A stretch of 64,000 nucleotides of DNA, from IMG/VR virus record IMGVR_UViG_3300010885_076238, positions 124,001 to 188,000 of that record; one strand, given 5' to 3'. Position numbers and translations under genes: made by a program. Under the pieces are notes generated by a model. That model saw only the letters and a program-made list of their open reading frames with translations, was not told the DNA's origin and ran no database searches. Every line of letters starts with the position of its first letter. Position 1 is the first letter of the stretch. Positions 30,003 through 40,836 of this stretch are shown one piece after another.

Positions 30003-32451
30003 ATGTTTAGCAGGGAAGATTTACTTACAATTTTAGCGTGTTTGGAATGTAAAGAATACAACACGCAAGGCAAGATAGATTCAAGAGTTCCAGTAGAGGA
30101 CGGCAAGAACGTCATCGACATCGTTGATATGTTGAACAGGATCGAAAAAATCAAAACTGTTATCAGGGATCAATTGTAAATTCCTAAAATAATTAGTTCG
30201 CTCAATCGTTATTTGGTATAGGGAAGATTTACTAAAAGAGAGAGTCTTATGATTTTCAAACTGTTCAATGGAGCAAAAACTACAGAGGCTTGGAATCCTA
30301 ATAGCCCTGAGTTTATTGACGATTGGAAACCGGAAGAACACATCATCAAGTGTCAGGCGGTTCAAGTTACTTACTGCAATCATATCAAAGTTCATGTTGA
30401 CGATGATATGATCGAGTTTCACTGGGACGAAGATGGCTTTATTGAACACGATGGCGTGTTTTATGGCGATTTCATCGTAGAAGGATAAATTACAAATGTC
30501 TAACAACTATGTCACAATGAACATAAGAATGTATGCCTCCAAGCCAGATAAGGTTATGGAGCAAGTCATTCTAAATCTTGGATGGGAATGGTACTCAGCA
30601 AGCAAGGCTTGTGAATACGCCAGAAAAGTTATAAAGGGCAGATGGATCAAAGGCGAAAGAAAGATCAAGAAAAATCCATACTCCGCCTACTTTTATGCTC
30701 GCCATGTTATCGGAGGAAGATGGCCCGAAGCAGAAAATTTTATCTTGAAGGATGAACACGCCTCTTACTTGTACGCTAAGTATGTTCTCAAAGGCAGGTT
30801 TGAGAAAGCAGAGAAAAAGAGAGGGCTTTTCAAGTCGCCTAGAGAAATATACTTCTACTCCAAATACGTTATGAAGTCTAGGTGGAAAGAAAAAGAAAAG
30901 TCTATGGTAGACTTTGTTGTAAAAAATACCTGGGGCTTTGAGAAGGTTTTCGACTACTGTATTCAGATCAGAAAAGAAAGATGGCCCCAAATTGAAGGCG
31001 AAATTGTAAAGTCCAGCAAAGAATACATCGGTCGTTATTTCAAATTATTGAAAGAAAAGGACAAGGAAGAATTTTATAATAAAGTTCTCGCCCAGTCTCT
31101 CGTAGAACCAAGAAGTTCTTGGCAACGAAACGAAGCCAGAGAATTTATCAAAACTATGAAAAACTAGTTTGAACATACTATTATAAAGTATGTATTCTGA
31201 AAAACATTGCATCATTACAATAAATGGCGACGAGTGTACCGTAGAGGGAAAATGCCTACTGACCGATAAACGTCAATTTGTAAAAGTAGCAAAGGAAGAT
31301 TATGAAAAATGGGTCAGGGGAGAAGGAGCTATAAAAACTCTTATGCCCTATCTAACCGAAAGCGAAATGAACTTTCTTGAACACGGCGTTACAGATGAAG
31401 GTTGGGGAAAAGTAGTAAGTCCAAAAATTTCAATCCCAAAAGCAGAGTAGCCCGCACAAATTTAGACGGCAATATCTTATAAATATTCTGCCTCGCATTC
31501 GTTACGACTAAAAACATATAAAATAATAATTGTCATAAAAATAAAAATCACCTGATGTTTATATGGTCAGCAGAAGGATAAAAATAATTTTCGATCCAGT
31601 GCGTTATGGAAATATAAGTTCCACAACCGGAGAAAAGGTATGACAAAGAGAGAGCAGCAGACGGTAAAAAGGATGCTGGAAACGGGCCGCGTGATTGATT
31701 TCCGTGACGAACGCCGACCGGGGGAAGTCGCGGAGGATGGCAACGGCTTGTGGGCATACCTCAAACCTGGCCTGAGATGCAGTCTGTCCGACACCCACAT
31801 TTGCCACGAATATACGGTGGCTGACCTAGCTCGTGCCGTCAAGTGGGCTGAACCGTGCAATTGCAACGAGTGCAATATAAAATAATTTTCGATCCAGTGC
31901 GTTATCCCAGCAGAGGAGACAATTATGCCAAACTGGTTTGAAGATCCCGCCGTTTTGGATAAGTGGACGATCATTGAAGTTCAGTTGGATGAAGCCGACT
32001 GTCAAGAATACAACGAGTACCTTGACTGGCTTGAGGCAACAACCGGCGAACAAGAGATGCCAGAAGATTTTTCTTACTAGTAAAAAATAATTTTCGATCC
32101 ATTTCGTTATAGAAAACAGGAGAAAAAATAATGATTACTGCAAAAAATGCGTTAGAAGCACTTTGTCGTGATGGACTCGCTACAAGTTGGACGAGGAAAA
32201 CTGAGGGTAGCGGAAGGCTTCGCTACACAGATTACACTGTGAAAAGCGATGCCTTTTCCCTCTCAAACGAAACCTATGGACAAAGAAGTTTTTTATACTT
32301 TCGATGCAAAAGCCCAGAACTTACTTATCAAATAATCAAAGTTCTTCGTGAAAATGGAGGCAACCCAGGAACTAGTTGGAATGGTGGGCCTGAACAGGGA
32401 CACATCGAAATGCAAGTCAGTAGGTTCAAAGGTTGGCATTGGTGGGAGTAA
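30003..32451 (+). other. small hypothetical CDS (30003-30179, 30249-30488, 31190-31450, 31640-31885, 32131-32451)
   Basis: Each behind a promoter or RBS. Confidence 0.6.
30496..31167 (+). CDS. helical-repeat phage protein (AYxYAxxVIxGRWPEAE)
   Basis: Five repeats of about 23 aa. Confidence 0.75.
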   Translation: MSNNYVTMNIRMYASKPDKVMEQVILNLGWEWYSASKACEYARKVIKGRWIKGERKIKKNPYSAYFYARHVIGGRWPEAENFILKDEHASYLYAKYVLKGRFEKAEKKRGLFKSPREIYFYSKYVMKSRWKEKEKSMVDFVVKNTWGFEKVFDYCIQIRKERWPQIEGEIVKSSKEYIGRYFKLLKEKDKEEFYNKVLAQSLVEPRSSWQRNEAREFIKTMKN

Positions 32452-32716
32452 GAAGCACAAAAATAAAAATAAAGTCTAGCCCAACCTGCCCAATACATAT
32501 TCATACAGAATGGCAGGTTGGGCTTAGGTGCTTAAACACCTAGTGTTTATTATAAGAATAAATAAAAAATTGGGGTTGGGCGCATTTCTATCGCTCTTAT
32601 CGCTGTGACAATTTGATAACGATTCTTTTCAAAAATAATTTTCCCAAAAATTATTTTCCCTTTCGACCGTTGTGCAGTATGGCCGCGATTGAGACGGCCA
32701 AGCCAAATCGGGAAAC

Positions 32717-33298
32717 ATGAAAATGGATACGATGACTTCGGATCAGTTGGTTGACCGTCTGCTTGATCTGCGTGGTGCGAAGTGCGGCTTTCGCATGGTC
32801 GCTGAAACCCCGACCCGTCTGAATAAGACGATTCGTGATGCGGCGGGCAATCGCGTTCCGAACCCCGCCTACGGCACTACAAAGTTGTCGGAAGTGGAAG
32901 TGACGCTGAACCCGATCCATCAGAACAACGTAAACGCTCAGAAAAAGCGTGAGGGACACGATCCCGATTACGTTGCTGGGCCTTGCCAGTGGGGCAAGCG
33001 TCTGTTTCGGGAGGATGGTACGGTCGTGCCGATTCGGATTCACGACGGCAAGCCGCATAGCATGGTCGTGAAGTTTGAGAGAACGATCCAACGCGAGTTC
33101 CTCCGCGACGGCAAGCCGGTTGATGCGGCATCGGCCGCAGAGATTGCAAAGCAGTTGGCAGAGAAGAATGAAAAGGCCAACGACGCTGCGGAAGAAAAGC
33201 AGGGCGTGGAAAAGCCGGTGATCCACTTGACCTACAGTTTCGAGAACATTCGTCAAGTCACGCTCGACGGCGTGGTTTACGAAATCACTAAGGGTTGA
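32717..33298 (+). CDS. hypothetical phage protein
   Basis: Promoter, hairpin and terminator; GC-rich codons. Confidence 0.8.
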   Translation: MKMDTMTSDQLVDRLLDLRGAKCGFRMVAETPTRLNKTIRDAAGNRVPNPAYGTTKLSEVEVTLNPIHQNNVNAQKKREGHDPDYVAGPCQWGKRLFREDGTVVPIRIHDGKPHSMVVKFERTIQREFLRDGKPVDAASAAEIAKQLAEKNEKANDAAEEKQGVEKPVIHLTYSFENIRQVTLDGVVYEITKG

Positions 33299-33412
33299 CC
33301 GATCCGGCCCCTCCCCCTACTGGGGGAGGGGTTAGGGGATAAAGAATAATTTCCGATCCGGTTCGTTATCTAGTATGGCCGCGATTGAGACGGCCAAAAA
33401 AGGAGAGCGATC

Positions 33413-33649
33413 ATGACCTACCTTCACGACATTCACCCCGCCGCGACGATCATCGAAAGCCCGTTCACCGGCCACAACGGCAGCGGAGTCGATGGATACG
33501 GCGGGAAAATCAAAACCGGATTCAAGGTCAGAATCAACAATCGACTCCATAGGCTCTACTGTATGTGCTGGTCGAACTCTGGCACACTTTGGGTCAACGT
33601 GGGCGGGAAGCAGATCATCGTTCACGAGCATCGGCATCCAAGGGAATAA
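33413..33649 (+). CDS. hypothetical phage protein
   Basis: GYGGKIKT...RLYCMCWSNSGT motif. Confidence 0.75.
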   Translation: MTYLHDIHPAATIIESPFTGHNGSGVDGYGGKIKTGFKVRINNRLHRLYCMCWSNSGTLWVNVGGKQIIVHEHRHPRE

Positions 33650-33856
33650 AATCCCATTCATCAAACACCTGATGTTTATATAGCGGCGGACGAGCCGCGC
33701 CGAGCCTGGGCTGGGCGCATTTCTATCGCTCTTGTCCCTCTGACATTTTGATAACGAATTAGATGGAAAAAAATTTTGGCCAAAATTATTTTGGCTTTCG
33801 ACCGTTATGCAGTATGGCCGCGATTGAGACGGCCAGCCTTAGTGGGAGATTGAATC

Positions 33857-34798
33857 ATGGCTCATAAAGTCGAAAACATGTTCTACGTTGGCGAGACGCC
33901 TTGGCATGGTCTGGGCGTTGCTTTGGAAGAGGCTCCGATCATTTCCGACGCCATTACGGCGGCGGGTCTGGATTGGACTGTCGGACTCCGCGACCTTTTC
34001 ACGGCAGACGGCGTAAAGGTGCCGAATCGTGCGACGGTTCGCGAGACGGACGGAAGTGTGCTGGGCGTTGTCGGCCCGCGTTACACTCCGCTCCAAAATG
34101 CGGCGGCTCTCGACTGGTTTCAGCCGTTCATCGACAGCGGAGAGGCTTCGCTTCACACTGCCGGTAGCCTTGACGAGGGTCGCAAGGTCTGGGTGCTTGC
34201 CCAGTTGAACCGCGACCCCAGTGTGATCGTTCCGGGCGACGACGTTCGCAAGTTCATTCTCTTGTCGAATTCGCACGACGGCACGACGGCGGTTCGTCCG
34301 GGTTTCACGCCGATTCGCGTTGTCTGTGCGAATACGCTCGCGGCGGCTCATTGCTCGACCGCCAGCAAGTTGATTCGCGTTCGTCACACTCGCAAGATTG
34401 CGACGAATTTGGAAAAGGTTCGCGAGTTGATGAACGCCGCGAACGCGGAATTCGAGGCGACTGCCGACCAGTATCGGCATCTTGCCAGCAAGGCGTTCAA
34501 CCAGACCGACGTTCGCAAGTACGTCAAGGTGCTGCTCGACGTTGAGACGGTTTCGGATGCCGACCTGCCCACTCGCACCAAGAATACCATCGAGGAAATT
34601 CTTGGACTGATCGAGGGGCCGAAGCAATCGATGCCGGGCGTTCAAGGCACTTGGTGGGCCGCGTACAACGGGTTCAACGAATACTTGAACTACAATCGCG
34701 GTCGCACGACCGACAACCGTATGAACAGCCTATGGTTCGGCATGGGTGCGACCGACAACCGCAAGGCTCTCGACCTTGCCCTTAGCTTGTCGGCCTAG
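33857..34798 (+). CDS. DUF932/DUF945 (TIGR03299-like) phage/plasmid protein
   Basis: PWHGLG, AGLDW, LQN, AGSL, NSHDG, TPIRVVCANT, RHT, GTWWAAYN. Confidence 0.92.
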   Translation: MAHKVENMFYVGETPWHGLGVALEEAPIISDAITAAGLDWTVGLRDLFTADGVKVPNRATVRETDGSVLGVVGPRYTPLQNAAALDWFQPFIDSGEASLHTAGSLDEGRKVWVLAQLNRDPSVIVPGDDVRKFILLSNSHDGTTAVRPGFTPIRVVCANTLAAAHCSTASKLIRVRHTRKIATNLEKVRELMNAANAEFEATADQYRHLASKAFNQTDVRKYVKVLLDVETVSDADLPTRTKNTIEEILGLIEGPKQSMPGVQGTWWAAYNGFNEYLNYNRGRTTDNRMNSLWFGMGATDNRKALDLALSLSA

Positions 34799-34918
34799 TG
34801 CGAACGATGCCCCCTACCCGAAAGGGTAGGGGGGATTCATCGTAAAATTATTTTCGGTTTGATTCGTTATCTAGTATGGCCGCGATTGAGACGGCCAAGC
34901 CAATCGGGAGACCTAATC

Positions 34919-35107
34919 ATGATCATCGCCGCCATCCTCGCCGCCGCGTACGTCGCTTTCGGCATCGCCGGGACATCGTACGTCAACCGTTGGATTCGCA
35001 ACGCTGACGACGGGGATGCAGGCTGCGGCCTGTCGAGCCTGCACATTCTCAACCCCATCATGGTGGTGGTTGGAGCGAGAATGATGCTCGACAAGCTGTC
35101 CTCCTAG
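34919..35107 (+). CDS. small membrane protein, copy 1
   Basis: Duplicate of 41326..41520. Confidence 0.75.
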   Translation: MIIAAILAAAYVAFGIAGTSYVNRWIRNADDGDAGCGLSSLHILNPIMVVVGARMMLDKLSS

Positions 35108-35237
35108 CGGGGGGCAGCCGCCCAACTCAACACCTAATGTTTATTGGCAAAGGTGAGCAATAAAAAATAAATTCCCAGCTAATTCGTTATCTAGTATGGC
35201 CGCGACAGTGACGGCCAAGCCAATCTAGGAAATAACG

Positions 35238-35579
35238 ATGGCTCGCAAGCGTAGGTCAGACCGTAATCACGCGGTCTATCAGATTGTTTGCAAACCAACT
35301 GGAGAGCGTTACATCGGACTGACGGTAGTGCGTGGAAGAGCCGTTCAGAAGAGCGTGAAGATTCGTTGGGACGGCCATGTTCATCACGCCGTAGTAGAGA
35401 GAGACAACCCGCTTCAACGTAGAATTCGTGAGTTTGGCCCCGAAGCATTTTCTCACGAACTGCTTCAAGTTGTGAGAGGCAAGCAGCCCGCTCATGACAT
35501 TGAAAGGGGCTTGATCGTCAATATGAAGCCCGAACTGAATGTGGAGTGTACCGGCAAGAAACAAGCAAATCGTTCCTAA
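35238..35579 (+). CDS. GIY-YIG nuclease family protein
   Basis: AVYQI...RYIGLT...RW...H...E...LN. Confidence 0.8.
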   Translation: MARKRRSDRNHAVYQIVCKPTGERYIGLTVVRGRAVQKSVKIRWDGHVHHAVVERDNPLQRRIREFGPEAFSHELLQVVRGKQPAHDIERGLIVNMKPELNVECTGKKQANRS

Positions 35580-35635
35580 TTTTTTCGACTCTCATTCGTT
35601 ATACAAATGTAGCCACCACCCCAAGCAGGAAAAAA

Positions 35636-36389
35636 ATGACTATCACAGAAGTCATCACGCCCGGCCCAGGCGGATTCAAATTTCTCAACATGACGAACGA
35701 GAAGTTCGACTCGTTCACCGCAGACGAAATCATTGCCGCTGCGGAAGCGGCCGGTCTGTGGACATACTACGAACTGGACGACGACGGGAAGCTGACCGGC
35801 TTGGCGATCACCACGAAAGAAAGAGAGCCAAACGGATAGCGGGCTTTGGCCCAATGCTCTAACACCTAATGTTTATAATCAACAGTGAGTTGCTTGCCAA
35901 AACCAAAGGAGCCGGACATGGAAACTTTTGAGCAGTGGTGCAAGAGGATGCAAGAAGAACACGATCAATGGATTTCAAGTCCCGAAGGACAAATCTGGAT
36001 CAAGGGCTAAAAATTATTTTCGGTTTGATTCGTTATCAAGTATGGCCGATCATTCAACACCTAAGGAACAAGTCATGAAAGCCAAAGAAGTGCAGATTGG
36101 ACAGGAGTTCTACACCAACTACGCGAGCATGGAACACTGCAAGCCGCTGTCTAACGTTCATCGTTGGAAAATGATCGCTCCAGAGCATCGGTTGGCGCAG
36201 CTTGTGCTTGTCACCGGGGACGTTTGCGATCACACTCGCATCATCGATGAAAAGGAAGAAGTGTTCGCCACAGCCGGTGAAGCTTGGCAAGATTGTGCGA
36301 CTCAACTCAACGCGATCATCGAAAAGATTCGTGAAGCCGTCAAGGATTGCGAGTCCAAAGTTCCCCGCCAGTGCAAGGAATCCGCGTGA
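35636..36389 (+). other. two hypothetical CDS (35636-35839, 36075-36389)
   Basis: Promoter and RBS; starts shortened relative to the ORF track. Confidence 0.65.
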
Positions 36390-36448
36390 AAAAGGGGGCT
36401 TGGGAAACCAAGTCCCCAATAATTAACACCAAATGTCTATTATAGAGT

Positions 36449-36733
36449 ATGAGACTATTTATTGATGACATCAGAACTCCATCCGAAGACTACATCGTTC
36501 TCCGGTCTTCTGAGGATGCCATTCAATTCATAAAGCAAAATGGCTGGCCTGAGTTCATCAGTTTTGACCACGATCTTGGCGGCGACGATACCACTATGGT
36601 CTTTCTCAAAAGGCTTGTAAACGAAGTATGGGACGGCAAAACCATGCCGCCAGACTATATCGTTCATAGTGCCAACCCAATTGGATCGAAGAACATCGTG
36701 AGTTTCATGGAAAGCTGGAAGAAGTCAATCTAA
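36449..36733 (+). CDS. cyclic-phosphate-processing receiver-like domain protein
   Basis: LFIDDIR, ISFDHDLG, VHSANPIG. Confidence 0.8.
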   Translation: MRLFIDDIRTPSEDYIVLRSSEDAIQFIKQNGWPEFISFDHDLGGDDTTMVFLKRLVNEVWDGKTMPPDYIVHSANPIGSKNIVSFMESWKKSI

Positions 36734-36807
36734 AAAATTTTTTTTACTTTCATTCGTTATACCAATATGGCAGCAATTGAGACTGCCGGATTACTAGGAT
36801 TGCTCTA

Positions 36808-37037
36808 ATGTTTGGACTCGTTTCTATGATTTTGTTTAGCGTCGGAACTATTGGATTTTTCTACGTCACTAAGGAGGGCAACTAATGTTTATCGTAATTG
36901 AGCAGAAGGAAGACGGCACGACTCAGATTCTTTCGCCCGTAATCAACGACCAGAAAGAAGCAGAAGTAGAGGCTGCTTGGATTTCCCACCTGAACGGTTG
37001 GAGTTGCACAGTAAAGCAAGTGGATCAAGCCGCTTGA
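36808..37037 (+). other. two coupled mini-CDS (36808-36885, 25 aa hydrophobic; 36885-37037, 50 aa ending QAA)
   Basis: TAATG overlaps, AAGGAGG RBS. Confidence 0.6.
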
Positions 37038-37169
37038 AACAATCGGCAGTAAACCTGCCACCCAACCCAAAAGGTTGGGCCATTAGCAAATACCTAATGT
37101 TTATTGTTGAATCGAACCTGATAAAAATAATTTTCGATCTAGTTCGTTATAGATTTAGGAGGACGTTTT

Positions 37170-38589
37170 ATGACTAAGCCCGTTGAAATCTCAACCAAGG
37201 AAATGTGGGAACTCTCAGCAGTGGGAGCCTGCATTCTTCTAGCTGTTCAAGAGATGGAAGAAGATGCTGTCGGCAGGCAAAAGGTGATCGAAGCGGGAAA
37301 CCGTTTGTTCGATCTCATGGGCAAAATTGGAGAACGAGATGATTGGTCATCCAGAAGCCCAAAAGGAGAGGAAAAAGTATGAAAAAAACTGTCGGAGCAA
37401 CCAAGGCTCACGCATCATGCGGATATTGCAAACACTTGCGCAAGTTCGGAAAGCGACTTGCCAATAAGGCTTCTCGCAAACACGGAAATAATTTTCGATT
37501 CAATGCGTTATCAAATATAGAGAATCCCAACCCCGGAGAATAATCATGTTCAAGAAGAAAACCGATGGTCGATTCCGTGTCGAGCTGAAGTATAAGAACG
37601 GCAGCGAAGCATTCATGGTCAGCAACGACTACCAGCAAATCTGCCGCCTGTACGAGCTTGCCAGAACTCCCATTTGCGAAAATTTCACACAGTCGATCTA
37701 CGAAGTGATCTTGTTCGACGGCGATAAGCCCCTTGCAAACTGGACTAACTCAGCCGCATTAGTCAAAGTGGCTTGACAATCCTAGGCGATTCTGGGTAGG
37801 GCCGGTCTCATGAGCCGGATTGGGTAGCACCCCCCGCGTGGTTCGATTCCACGACTCGCCATTTAGAATGCGGTAAAATGCAACAAGGAGCAAACCATGA
37901 ATACTGAATTTTATGTGGGCGAACACCGTGGTATCTGGGTAGGCCCAGTCATCCGAAATAAACAGACGAATCATCCTGTGGCATTCGTCGCAGCCGGATC
38001 AGAACACTTTTCCGAAATATTATCCCTAGCACCAGAAATGCTTGAAGCACTACGGAAAATCAGGAATAACTCAGACAACGCGGAAGTCAACAAAATCGCA
38101 TCAGAAATCCTACTCAAGGCAACCAAACACGCCTAATCGTCAACACCTAATGTTTATTTCCCGAACGGGACAATTCAGACAAAAATCAGGCAATTTATAA
38201 TAATTATTCCCGCTCGGGAAAGTTAGGTAATCTGTGCAAGCCCATAAAAGAAAATAAAAAATCCAAGGCCCGATTGACGATAGATAAGGTACGGGACAGA
38301 AAACCATTCAAAGGAGTGAATCATGTTGGCTTGGATCGGAATCGCAATAACCGCCGTTGGAATGATTTTTAGTAGCTATGAGTTCGTGAAAAAAAATCCA
38401 GAACTCTTGCCCAAAGTTCAAAACGTACAACTGCTGGCCCATCGTCAACGTCAATCAGCGTTCATGTACAGTCAAGTAAATTTGGCCTATGATGTTGTGA
38501 ACGGAAAACATTGGTTTCAACACCCAGACGGTCAGTGGAGAGAATTCCCACCAAAACCCTCTCAAGTCGATATGCAAAACAGCCGATAA
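37170..38589 (+). other. small CDS (37170-37382, 37379-37543, 37546-37776, 37897-38136, 38323-38589)
   Basis: RBS-supported ORFs. Confidence 0.6.
37785..37861 (+). tRNA. D-arm-less tRNA-like gene, CAU anticodon
   Basis: CCGGT-CTCATGA-GCCGG; CGTGG-TTCGATT-CCACG; GGCGATT/ACTCGCC. Confidence 0.65.
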
Positions 38590-39213
38590 ATAAAATAAGG
38601 AAAGGAATCCAAAATGAAAAAAATCAACTGGAACCAAATCGTCAACGCTCTTATTCTTGTCAAAATAGGACAAGACTTAGGAACCAACTCGCAACTTACC
38701 CAATCCATCCATCATATCATCGACGTTATTGCTACGTTCGCTAATGCCTTTGTAAGAATATAAAATAATTTCTCGATCAGTTCGTTATACAATAGTGGCC
38801 GTCCCATTCTCAGGAGAGCAAACATGAACACTGACACCAACTGGACTTACGAGCGCGAGGGAGCCAAAGAGATGATCGCAAGGCTCGAAGAAGAAATTCA
38901 GAATTCGACCTCCAAGCAGGATCGAATCAACAAACAGGAAGAAATACAAAGACTCCAATCGTAAAGAGTCAAAAAATAATTTTCAATCCCGTTCGTTATA
39001 CAATAGTGGTCAACTAAAGGTGCTGACTGAAAGTGACACACGGCGGACAAGGTGGCCGACCGCAGGATCAGCACCACTCTAAAGGATCAAAAATGTATCT
39101 GACTCTCAATGATTGGATGATGCTCGTTGGACTGATTTCTTTCGCAGGATTCTGTTCCTACACTGCCCACGAAATTCAAGGTGCAATCCACAACTACTTA
39201 CATGGAGAATATA

Positions 39214-39558
39214 ATGATTTTTGAAGTTGAAATGCTCGCGTTCGGAAAACCAGGAGAAGTTCGCAAGGTCAATGTTCCCGATGAGGCTCTAACTCGCGCA
39301 AAAGAAGATACAGACAATATTCTTGAAGCCGCGTTTTATTACGGCCAAAACGATTTCCAGCCGCAAAACCACCCGTCAGTAAGTGCTGGCGATGTGATCC
39401 GCTGGAAAGAAGAAAACTATCTGGTTGCTGGTATGGGTTTCAAAAAGCTGACCGATGAACAACTAAATGATTATCGATCTCTCGACCAAAACGATAAGTT
39501 CATCGGAAGATGCCAAATTGAAATAGGCGAACCAGTAGTAGGACGCAGAAACAAGTAA
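39214..39558 (+). CDS. YodL-like protein
   Basis: HPSVSAGDVI...YLVAGMGFKKL. Confidence 0.65.
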   Translation: MIFEVEMLAFGKPGEVRKVNVPDEALTRAKEDTDNILEAAFYYGQNDFQPQNHPSVSAGDVIRWKEENYLVAGMGFKKLTDEQLNDYRSLDQNDKFIGRCQIEIGEPVVGRRNK

Positions 39559-39753
39559 CCTGCACAATTCCATCAAACCATCAAAGCCCTAATAAATAAT
39601 AAATATCGCTTACGAAAGTGATATTTATAGGGCTTTATCTAACACCTAATGTTTATAAAACATCGCTAGTCGAAAAAAATAATTTTCGATCCAGTGCGTT
39701 ATGCCAATGTGGGCAGCAATTGAGACTGCCCCCGTTTTCAGGAGGTTTGAATC

Positions 39754-39963
39754 ATGGGTGACGAAGATTCCTTTCTCGATTCGCGTTGGGAAGAAATTTG
39801 CGAGTATGAAGACTCGTACGAGCAAGAGGATTGCTTCGATGACTTCGACGATGAAGATGATGAATACGATTGCTTCAGCGAAGACGACAACGACGACTTT
39901 GAAGACGACTTCGCTGACGACAACTACGACGACTACGACGACTTCTACGAGGAAGCCGCGTGA
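39754..39963 (+). CDS. extremely acidic 69-aa protein
   Basis: AGGAGG RBS; D/E with F/Y spacing. Confidence 0.75.
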   Translation: MGDEDSFLDSRWEEICEYEDSYEQEDCFDDFDDEDDEYDCFSEDDNDDFEDDFADDNYDDYDDFYEEAA

Positions 39964-40108
39964 AAATAGGGGGCTTGGGAAACCAAGCTTCCCCCAACTA
40001 TCAACACCTAATGTTTATAATGCCAACCCGCCGGAAACTTCTCGAAGAAAAATAATTTTCCATTCAAATCGTTATAAATCATCGGCCCAAAACCCTGAGG
40101 ATCAAATC

Positions 40109-40654
40109 ATGAGCTACGAAAACGCCCCCGCCACCATCATGCTCGCGACCCACTGCTGCTGCTGCGGTCGCCCACTGGTCGATGCTATCTCTGTTGAGAT
40201 GGGTATCGGCCCCGATTGCCGTCAAGGTCGCACCGATGGCATTTCCAAAGAACAGCAAGAAATCTGCAACAAACTCACCCATGCCGCCGCTCTTGCCGCG
40301 CAGGAAGGTCAAGTCGAGAAGGTTCGCGCGATTGCCGCCGAAATTGCCGCTCTAGGTCTGACTGAATTGGCCGATAAGGTTCAGCACCGTTTCGTCAACG
40401 CTGAAAGATTGGCAAAGATCAATATCATTCAGACCGGCGACCGTCTGACCGTTACAACCCCGTGGAAACGTAGCAGCGACTTTGTTGCCGCATGGAGAAC
40501 CATTCCCGGCAGACGATATGGCGGGGCCGGTAAGAACATCATCCCCCTTAGCAGCAAGGGTGAGTTGTGGAATCTGCTACAGAAGTTCTTCCCCGGCCAA
40601 TTCGGCAAGGGGCCAAAGGGACTGTTCAGAGTCCCTAAGAACGAGGCGGCTTGA
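40109..40654 (+). CDS. DUF6011-like zinc-finger protein
   Basis: CCCCGRPLVDAISVEMGIGPDC. Confidence 0.8.
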   Translation: MSYENAPATIMLATHCCCCGRPLVDAISVEMGIGPDCRQGRTDGISKEQQEICNKLTHAAALAAQEGQVEKVRAIAAEIAALGLTELADKVQHRFVNAERLAKINIIQTGDRLTVTTPWKRSSDFVAAWRTIPGRRYGGAGKNIIPLSSKGELWNLLQKFFPGQFGKGPKGLFRVPKNEAA

Positions 40655-40836
40655 CTGCCTGCACAAATTATATGCCCCCGAAATCCAAATGGAGAGTAGG
40701 GGTCGCGTTATACAGAAAAAACTTTAGAAATAAATATTAATACCTAATGTTTATTTTTATTCGCGCCGGTAGCCGGTAGCCGGTCGAGTTCGCCGGTAGT
40801 AAAAAAATAATTTCCGATCCGGTTCGTTATACCAAT

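Noticed and set aside
39701-40108. N-terminal poly-Thr extension of the 317-aa ORF
   Set aside because: Off-frame reading of the acidic gene 39754..39963; it crosses a terminator and a promoter, so the real start is 40109.
40763-40800. GCCGGTA short tandem repeat
   Set aside because: Single occurrence with four units and no supporting context.
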